Of a stretch of DNA of 64,000 nucleotides, positions 51,751 to 64,000 are shown piece after piece. Made by a program: the position numbers and the translations under genes. Source of the DNA: Ramazzottius varieornatus (lineage: Eukaryota > Animalia > Tardigrada); the NCBI GenBank assembly GCA_001949185.1, contig BDGG01000001.1, forward strand, positions 6,485,591 to 6,549,590, in the 5' to 3' direction. Position 1 is the stretch's first letter. Every line of letters starts with the position of its first letter. Below the pieces are notes generated by a model. The model was not told the DNA's origin. It did not search any database and was given only the letters and a program-made list of their open reading frames with translations.

Positions 51751-52397
51751 CAGTGCTGGGATAAATATGACATATCGTATCTTATCGAAATATATCACAT
51801 CACAGTGATTCGATATGACAAAAATATCTTATCGAAATATCGATATGGACGGAATATCGCTGAGCGGAATATGATAAATGAGAATATCATATCGCGGTAT
51901 ATCGATATATTTCTGATATAGCGATAAATCGCAAACCCGCACTTGAGAATCTGAACTTTGGAAGTCAATACTCCGGTTAGGTACCGCGCAGGCAGTGCAG
52001 CCTCGCCCGTAGTGTATCGAGCACATGCATCCAAGCTGACTTCGGGCAGTGAACAGTCAGCGTACCTAGGTGCGTAACGACAGACCTTGATTGATTGAGC
52101 AACGAACACACTCGCGTACAGGAAAAAATTTGGCTTTTGTTCTTATTCAAACGTAGTGAACGACAGCCGTTTGGTTTCTCTTTGGCTCTTTCTCGATTTC
52201 GATAGTTTTCAACATGGCACTGGCTTGATATATCGATATATCACTGCAATAAAGTTTGATGTATCAACAATAAAATATCAGAAACGTATCACATCGAGAT
52301 ATCGATACGTGGTTGATATCTAAGAAGAGATATGAATATTGAAAGATATTCATCAGAAAATATTATATCGTATTTTGTCGTATTTATCCCAGCACTA
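51751..52397. mobile_element. hAT MITE (647 bp)
   Basis: 22-bp TIR (C/T)AGTGCTGGGATAAATA(T/C)GACA; 8-bp TSD GCCACTAC at 51743-51750 and 52398-52405; many ATATCG subterminal motifs. Confidence 0.9.
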
Positions 52398-52999
52398 GCC
52401 ACTACATGCGGCAGAGTCGCTACTACAAAACTCTTTCAGGGGCACGCTGCTGCTGTGTTGCTGCCCAACTAACGGTTACTAGAAGCTCGACTTGCACCTA
52501 CTGACGAAACAAAGTCCACGATCGTCAGACTTCAGAACTTGTAAGCGCTGAGTGTGTGATTAAGTCAGCAGTTGCTTCCTGCTTGGTCCAGGGACCTGCT
52601 CGAAATTTCATCTGCCTACCTCGCCATTCGACACATACGGAGACACATTACGATCGAGACTGATTGAGGATAAATACCAGTTTCCCATCAGACTGCACCG
52701 GACATTCCAGTACACAGCAACTCATTTCGCTCGAAATCCGCCTGATAGACGCCTTTCCGCGGTGAAATTGTAGGTGCCAACGAGTGTCGCAAGGTTCGCT
52801 GAAATGGGCACGTGTACCTTGAGGTTGCGCATGCGTCATGGGCGCTTGCGCAACCTCAAGTAGATAGATAGATTTATTGAGCCTCGATAATCTAGTCGAC
52901 GGCTTCCTCGATCGTCAGAGGATAACGAAACATAAAAATACAGTACTAAAAGCTTTGGCAAGTGGAAGCGATCAAGACTAACTTCAGAAGATCGACACA

Positions 53000-53550
53000 T
53001 AGAAATTACAATGCGAGATCAGGCACCAGAAAGGAAGTGGAAAACTCGCAGAACCATAGCAGGGAGAGCCAACTACCAAACAAGGAATGAGGGAGCGTTG
53101 TTTCCGCCTTCGTCCAGATGCTCGCTCGTCCATTTCCATGTCCGATTGACTCCGTCGTTCCCGGTTTGCTGCTCGAGCTGGTCCATGTGTGTGGTTGGGT
53201 TTTTGCTGTCCGTCGTGAGAGTCTTCTTCGCCGGCTTGGGCTCGCCCTCCGAACCTGGGAGTTCCGACGGAAGGCTGAAGCGCCTGGCTCGGCAGGTCGA
53301 GGTTCTGGTGGCCTTTCGGGGGCCACCCTCCTTCACAGTTCCGAGGGCAGTTTCCCCGTTGTCCGTCACTATCACGTCCACTTCCCTGGTGGCCGCCACG
53401 TCCACTGCCCCGTCCAGCGCCATGGCCGCCCCCACGACCAGCGCCGCATTGGCACGAATCTCGTAGACATGGGTATTCAGAAAAACTAGAAAATTCCCCA
53501 CCTTACCTCATTGTACACCCCGTCCCAGCCAATTCGCTACCACCCGGCAT
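53000..53550 (-). pseudogene. Possible decayed RGG-rich gene fragment
   Basis: GC-rich coding-like stretch; one frame reads GAGRGGGHGAGRGSGRGGHQGSGR; GTAAG donor near 53505. Family not identified. Confidence 0.3.
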
Positions 53551-54004
53551 TTCGGAGAAAATAATTCAAATTGCTACTTTACGATTTATACTTCCACAAC
53601 TTCAGTACAACTCTTCAGGCTGCTCCGTATGCGCCATAATTTGCTCAGTTGAGCTGGCACACTGCGTGAAAAAATTGACTAGTGTGACTCCCGGTGGGAA
53701 AGACATAGCGCCGCAAGTCAAAAGCTGTCCGAAAGATTTCGTGGATACATTTCCATTCTTAGAATCGATAAGAAAACGGTCAACTATCTTAGCAGTCGGG
53801 AAAAATTAAGAAAGATCAGAAAGATCTTGACTGGCTTGGCAGACGATTCTAAACCGTGGAGTTTGGCATTTCTGCCGGGAAAACTTGTTTGGGGCAAAAT
53901 TTCCAACTCTTTTTCGGAATGGCATGTTCACACATTCAGCCACTTTCTCTGTAACTTGGTTCGTTTTCTAGTCATTTTCACCAACAGTCTCTCACGACCT
54001 CAAC

Positions 54005-54543
54005 CAGAGGTTGCTGGAGACGTCACAAAACTAACATAAAAATGGGGAAGGTCAAGATCCAGCGCTTGACCCAAAGGTCAGTCCACAGTCCAGATTAGGC
54101 CACGTCTACCACTGCCGATTGGCCGAGCATGAAATGGTCTGAAATGGCGCACTCCTACGCCATGAAGTATCCCAAAAGTTTAGACAAGGTGTAATACACA
54201 GACAGACCCATGTAAGACGCACTGCACTGTTCGAAGCGATATCGAACAATTCTGGTTCCGCGTAAATGAAAGCCAACGCTCACATGCTTTGTTTGATCAA
54301 ACAAAGCCTCTGCTGATAAGCCTAGTCAGCCATCCCACGCTTTCTGCATGTTTCCCTCAGGCCGTTAAAGGAGGCTATTATATACGGCTAATTAGGTTTG
54401 AAAGATCATCCTTGCCGGCGAAAGTTCTTTAATTGAGTTCGTTTTTGCAGCATTTTGGCCTTATTTTGGACCCTAAACCAAACAGGTCAAGTTGGCGTTG
54501 ACCCATTTTTATGTTACTTTTGTGACCTCTCCCGCAACCTCTG
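54005..54543. mobile_element. hAT-type MITE (539 bp)
   Basis: 42-bp TIR CAGAGGTTGC.GGAGA.GTCACAAAA.TAACATAAAAATGGG with 3 mismatches; TSD ACCTCAAC/ATCTCAAC. Confidence 0.8.
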
Positions 54544-54656
54544 ATCTCAACGAGGTACCGAAGAATTAATTTTCGGAAACGGCTCCGAAAACTGCCAAAG
54601 TTGGTATACGAGAATCAGAGCCTTACTTTTCTAACGGGAATACTTTGCTAACTCAA

Positions 54657-57550
54657 ATGCTGCAGGCGGCGCGGCCATGTGTCTGATTCTGCTGAACATG
54701 TTCTACCGCCATATGGCGACCGACCAAGAGTTAGCAAAGTTTTCGCCGTTCCGATTTTCGATAGAAATGACGGCAGGTATCAACGTGCACCTACCACACA
54801 AGCAATTTATTTCTACTGTTGATGTCACATGCGATGCTCCCATTGTGGAAAGTTGCCAGTAAAAGGGAATTATTAATATTGCATCGACAGCCGGAAACTT
54901 TCTAGACTTTCTTAGCCTTCGACTTTACAGATGAAACCGCGAGTGTCTTTCTCGGTGCAAGCTTCGTCTTGGCTGTCGACTTGGAAGTGGAAACTGGAGG
55001 TCTCTTTCTCGGTGCAGATCCAGCCGTAACTGGTGCTTTGCTGCGCTTTGCACTGGTTTTCGAAGGGTTTCCTTCAGAGTGGCGCAGTGAAGAATCGTTG
55101 GCCGGCTGTGATGCAGTTACGTCAACTCCTAATTCTGAAGCAACCTGCTTAGCGGTCTTCCGCTGTCTCTTTGGAGGAACTGTACAAGGGTATCCTTGGC
55201 CTGGGGTCGGGCTTATCTCTTCGCTGTCTGTCGTGCTTTCCTCAACCGCCTCGATGTTTCGCTTCCTGTTTCTCAAACCGTTGGCTTTCTCCTTATTCTT
55301 CTCTATTGCGGCTTTCTTCGTAGCAATGTAGCTACTTTCAGTGAGGATTCTGCCGTTCGAAACATCCAAGCGGGAATCCTTTTCCCGACCTTTCCTCTGA
55401 GGAGCGCTCCGGAGGAGGTTCTTATGAAACTCTAACGCGACGACCGAGCCAACCGATTTTCCCGTCATGATCTTTCTGATTTCCAAAAAGCTGGTGGTTG
55501 TCTTATCCTCGGTCACGCCAATCTTTTCGCGAAGAATCTTTGCGATCTCCGCAAAATGCTGGTCACTTTCGACTTCAGTTTCTTCGACAATCTCCAAGTT
55601 GGGGTTCACTGTTCCTCTTAGCAGCTCAGCATCGAATGGGAAAAGTCCAGTTTTCTGACACCCTCGTGCCAAAGGTTCACCTGAAACGAGAAACATTCAG
55701 AAGGGCAACCTTCACACGATTATATCCGCAAACTTCGAAATAAAATCGACAAAATCGTTCTTCCAACTGGCACACGCTACCTAAATTGAACGAGTACGGC
55801 GGAAAGTCGGGTTTCCAAAGTTTGACGATGTGGGCTGGGAAATTGTGGCGCGAAACCTGAATTTTTAAAAACACAACAGCATGAGTTCTCAGCAGACTTG
55901 ACATTGCGCAAGACGATTAACTTAAAGTTCGTTCATTCTCCATCTTTACGTATATCAATTGACGTATCCACCCGGAATCACGGAGATACCTGTGCCATTC
56001 CTGCTTCACTCCTCCGAACACTTCCTTATCTAGCGGCTGAAGGAATGCTGTCTGACCAGAAGGGAGAACGACTACTCGAATTTCTTTTTCATGTTCCAGA
56101 CAAGCCATCAGAAATGCGACGCAGTTACGGTGGGAGGAATGGCCGTCGTAAAATAACACATTCTGAAAAACAAGGAGAGGTTAGAAGGTTAACCTTCGGT
56201 CACTTCACGCCGAACGAGAACACTGCGAGATGCCTAATCCATGAAACTCATACAAGTATTACCTTGGGGCAAGTGATGGATGGCAGAAACTCCTTCTCAA
56301 AACATTCTGTCAGCACCTCATGATCCATCACTCCGGAGGAGTTCGTGCCTACATAGCAGGCGTCGTGCGTGTCCCGGAAGTGTGATTCAAGGTGCATCTT
56401 TCCTCTGTAGAGAATTAACGGTCGGAGCATCTTTCCAGCTGCATTTCCATAGTCACGAGAGAGATGTTTTCCCGATCGCTTTCCGTTCCTTTCACATATC
56501 CTACCGCCTTCTTACGCCTTTTTCCGCGTAGACTCTGTCGTACAGCTCTGCCAACCGAAATCCCGATTCGTCCAAGTTCCATATCTCGTCAGGATTATCG
56601 ATAAAACCGTCATCCTTCAGCAACTGCAGAAGGGAAATCCATTCTTCCCAACGCGCAGCCGTCCATTCCCTTGATTTCTTAAAGCTCAGCGTACTCAGCA
56701 TTCTTAGCGAGATTTCACGGTTTCTTCGAAGGAAATTCCGGTGCCATCGATTGGTGAACTTTGCTCCATTCATGCCTAGAAACAGAATATAGGCCAAAAC
56801 AAGGCTTTGGCGGTGGTTTAACCAGAAGTCAACTTTCAGCTTTCGCATTTGGCCGCTGTTTTCCTGAATGTTATCTTTCGTACGAGCGAAAATCAACAAA
56901 ATCAGGCTTACCTTTGACGAGCGCTACTGCCTTGACGATTTTGATCAGCGTTCGTTTGCCTAGCGGAACTCCAATCTTCGAACAGCGGATGAGGATTTCG
57001 CATATTTCCGTCTCTTCCTCCAGCGAAAACGTGTTCGGACGTCCGGCCTTCTTTGGATGTCTCCTCTTGGCTGTGTTATAAAGGGTTCTTTGAGACACAT
57101 CGTACTTCTCGGCAGCCATCCTAGTGGACAGTCCATCGTTGACAGCGGTCAGAGCAGCTTCCATATTAGGATAATATTGCACGTATTGTCTCTTCCGCGG
57201 TTGAGCCTTCATCTCGAGCTGTGGAGGAACGGAAGGGCAGATTTCGGAAGTTGCAGAGCTTGTTGAAGGTATGCTCCCAGACATGGTGAATAAACGAGGT
57301 AAACCTTAGAGGGTGGAAGATAACAAAGAAGGATAATCTTCGTGGTAGCAAGCAGTGCTCACGTAGATCTGTCAGGACAATACGTTTTCACTCGGAAGTT
57401 AGCAAAGTTTTCGCCGTTCTGACTTTGAATAGAAACCAGCCGTAGAGTCTTAAGCACGCTGTGTAACCCCCGCGTGATTTCTGCTTCTTGCGTCATATAT
57501 GTGGCTAACTGGATCAGCTGATTCTGAGCTGCATTACGCCTTCTGCAGCA
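54657..57550 (-). mobile_element. pogo/Tigger-like DNA transposon with a spliced, decayed transposase (54902-57284)
   Basis: Psq-HTH MEAALTAVNDGLSTRMAAEKYDVSQRTL, CENP-B HTH WHRNFLRRN, DDE_1 motifs IWNLDESGF, FYDGHSSH, LQPLD; imperfect ~60-bp inverted ends; subterminal direct repeat GTTAGCAAAGTTTTCGCCGTTC at ~54730 and ~57398. Confidence 0.8.
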
Positions 57551-58254
57551 AGCGTGCTCCTTAATATCGCCAGCCATCTTCAAACGTTCTTGCTTCCTGA
57601 ATTATATCCGCCTCGATCTGTCACCTATTTCCGGTTCAAGATACTTCAGACTGAAGCAAAGCGCTGGGACAAATTTGCGAATTAATTTGACAATTTTTGG
57701 TTGGAAGACTACCGAGAAAAATGTCAGTTAGAAAAGTTAGGCTCTGATCCTCGTACTGTATTTCTCCCCTTCGCTGCTTTTCTGACTTAATATCGGTTTC
57801 TGTTTTCCCTGAGCACATTTCTGGCCAGTAGTTTTTAGGAAGGAAGCAAAATGAACGTTGAACCGGGGAAAATTCGTTTCGATGTTGAGAAATGATCGCG
57901 TCGCGTAAGCCGTGATTTTATGAGTGGCAGCAAGTTGGCTGGGACAGGCTGTACCTCCATGAGCAAGGGAGAAGGATCGTGCAAGCTCAGTTTATATGCG
58001 AATGATAATAAATTACGATATTGAACTCCACGGATAAAACTAGAACAAAACATCGCAGTCCGACCTGCAGGGAACAAGGACCACGGCCAAGACCGACTTA
58101 CGAAGAAGAAGTGAACACGAAAAAATTCAACAGCTTACATCTACTCGGCACAGAAGGCTCGTCAGGATCCAACATACCTCAAGCTGCACACTAGCAAGCA
58201 GTAACATCAACAGAAACCTGGTGGACTAAACATCGGAGTAAGAAGGAAGCACCA

Positions 58255-62110
<3,856 letters not shown>

Positions 62111-62887
62111 CCTCAACGGATCTAACACTCTAGATAGAGAATCGCTTCACCACACACGCTACTACTTATAGTCCTGTAACTCCTCCGAATTCGAACCAGA
62201 CGAGAAATAGGAAGAAGTCTCGAAATACGTCAAACAAGTCGAGAAAGACGATCGTCGATTGATGATGATGAATTCCATTGGAAAACAATCAAATTGAACA
62301 AAAGCACAGTAGCGCTGCCCATGACTTCCGGTACTTGGTCAGTAAGCGACCTGGTGCAAAGTTTGCACCAGGCCGCTTAATACTGCAAACTAAGGAGCCC
62401 ACTGACCCCACTCGGCCCAGTCGATTGACTAGAGCCGGAAGTTGATTGGAAATCAAGTGTGTTTGATTGAAGGCATGGTTATCTCCTGTCCCTGCCATGT
62501 ACATGTATTAATGAAATTTACGGCCATGTCACGTAATCGCGCGAAACTTTCGAGGGGACACAGTAATAGTTTCGAAGGAGTACAGTACGTTAAAAATTCA
62601 CTGCGGTTGATGGGATGTTTATAATGCGTCCTGAACAGTTTCGACTTCCGAAAGGCTGTGGTCCCTCATGAAGCAATCTACGGTCTAAGACTTGGATCTG
62701 AAAAGCCAAAGTTTCTGATCTGATCTGCTTATAATCTCGATCGATGTGTAGACCGACAGAATATACATCGCTTCCAGATTCCACTGTGAGATTGCAGTGC
62801 CACACCAGTCAGATTTTGCAAACCCAGTTCTCTTCCCCATATTATGGTCTGTTATTCTTCACCCTTACAGTATCATTAGACGCTAGG

Positions 62888-63713
62888 ATGTCGCCTGCTC
62901 TCGTTCGTGTTATTCTGTGTGGTAAGTCAGATTCTATAGTTCGGTGATCTTTCTCACCTGCACCATGTTCTGCACGATACTGTACTGTATTGTACTCTTA
63001 GAATAATAACAATAATAATATATCTCGTAGTATCTTACAATAATAATTATCTGGTATCCTACAGGTCTTGTGGTTACCATTGCTGCTAGGCCACATGATG
63101 AATCGAAAGCACAGTGGACTGGCAAACCTTGGTTGGGAAAGTGGGAGTCGATCGATGGGACACCCGAGAACTGGGAAGCCTTCGTCAAGGCCGCCAACAT
63201 TCCGCCCAAGGACCAAGCTCTCTACAACGGAAAGCAAAAGACTCTCCTGAAGTACTGGAAAGAAGCCGGTGAGGACCACTATCATGTACAGACGAGTTTT
63301 CCGGGAACCGAACACAAGATGGAGACCAGTTTCAAAATGGGCCAGGAAGGAACGCTGTCTCACGACGGCGTGGATCTTAAGGTTCGTTTCTATACCGCCA
63401 CGTATCCGCCAGTTCCACTTTAATGTATGGGACCAAAGGTCTTTTACTGCAGTACGTATGCACCGAGGACGGCGAGCAGCTCATCACAAAGATAAACATC
63501 CCTTCCAAGAACCAGGAAACGATAGTCACTTACACAGCCACCGGCGACGACCTTGAACAGGTAAATCCATAATAATTATGATGATTTTTACACTATTTCC
63601 TGCGCAACGTATGAAACGATTTGTCAATGATGAGACTCCTCGTCGTTACTTTACAGACTTTCACTTCTAACGGTGTTACCGGCAAGAGATGGTACAAGAA
63701 GATTCACGCATAA
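62888..63713 (+). CDS. SAHS4: Tardigrade secretory-abundant heat-soluble (SAHS) protein, FABP-like beta-barrel
   Basis: Exons 62888-62921, 63065-63381, 63453-63560, 63657-63713. Signal peptide MSPALVRVILCGLVVTIAA, WTGKPWLGKWES, C-terminal GVTGKRWYKK. The family call is firm; the paralogue number is from memory of the R. varieornatus sequence. Confidence 0.9.
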
Positions 63714-64000
63714 TACCGCGAAGTGCACGGAAATGTAGTCACTTGCTCCAATCAGTTTTATACATAGAACTCAACGGTTAATTTGACTGGGAAAGCGATG
63801 TCCCACATTCGTAGGTACATAAAATCGGATCTTAACGAGAATCCAGATTCTAAGCTACGGGTGTCATGTTTTGTTGTAGTTTATGCTCAGTGGAATTCAC
63901 GTGGGCTCAATTCTCGAATTAGCTTGTAGGGATAGTTCGCCGCGGCGCACTGCTCTCGGGAAAGAATCGTCTTCCATTCGATGGAGGATGTGCAAAACAA

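Overview
Intron-rich eukaryotic DNA, almost certainly tardigrade (Ramazzottius-like), judged from the SAHS gene at the right end. The ORF track ignores introns, so I re-read the genes across GT-AG junctions by eye. Host genes occupy the flanks: a DH-PH RhoGEF (PLEKHG-like), a peptide GPCR, an ARID4/hat-trick chromatin protein, an H2A pseudogene, Drp1/DNM1L and a SAHS gene. The middle (~21.9-57.6 kb) is a mobile-element island containing a mariner, a hAT-like transposase beside an SGNH hydrolase, several MITEs and a pogo-like element. Its centre is a ~16 kb decayed but gene-complete Polinton/Maverick (adintovirus-like) endogenous virus with integrase, minor capsid, core protein, major capsid, cysteine protease, packaging ATPase and pPolB. 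Three observations stand out. (1) The viral pPolB gene carries six clear and one tentative spliceosomal introns, two of them splitting catalytic motifs, while I saw none in the virion genes; a hAT element is also nested in it. (2) The virus lies between two co-oriented halves of what looks like a receptor tyrosine kinase pseudogene whose ectodomain is a GH45 endoglucanase-like domain. (3) At least nine copies of a small palindrome with a fixed 24-25 nt spacer sit in introns of ARID4 and Drp1. No database searches were run; family calls rest on recognised motifs.
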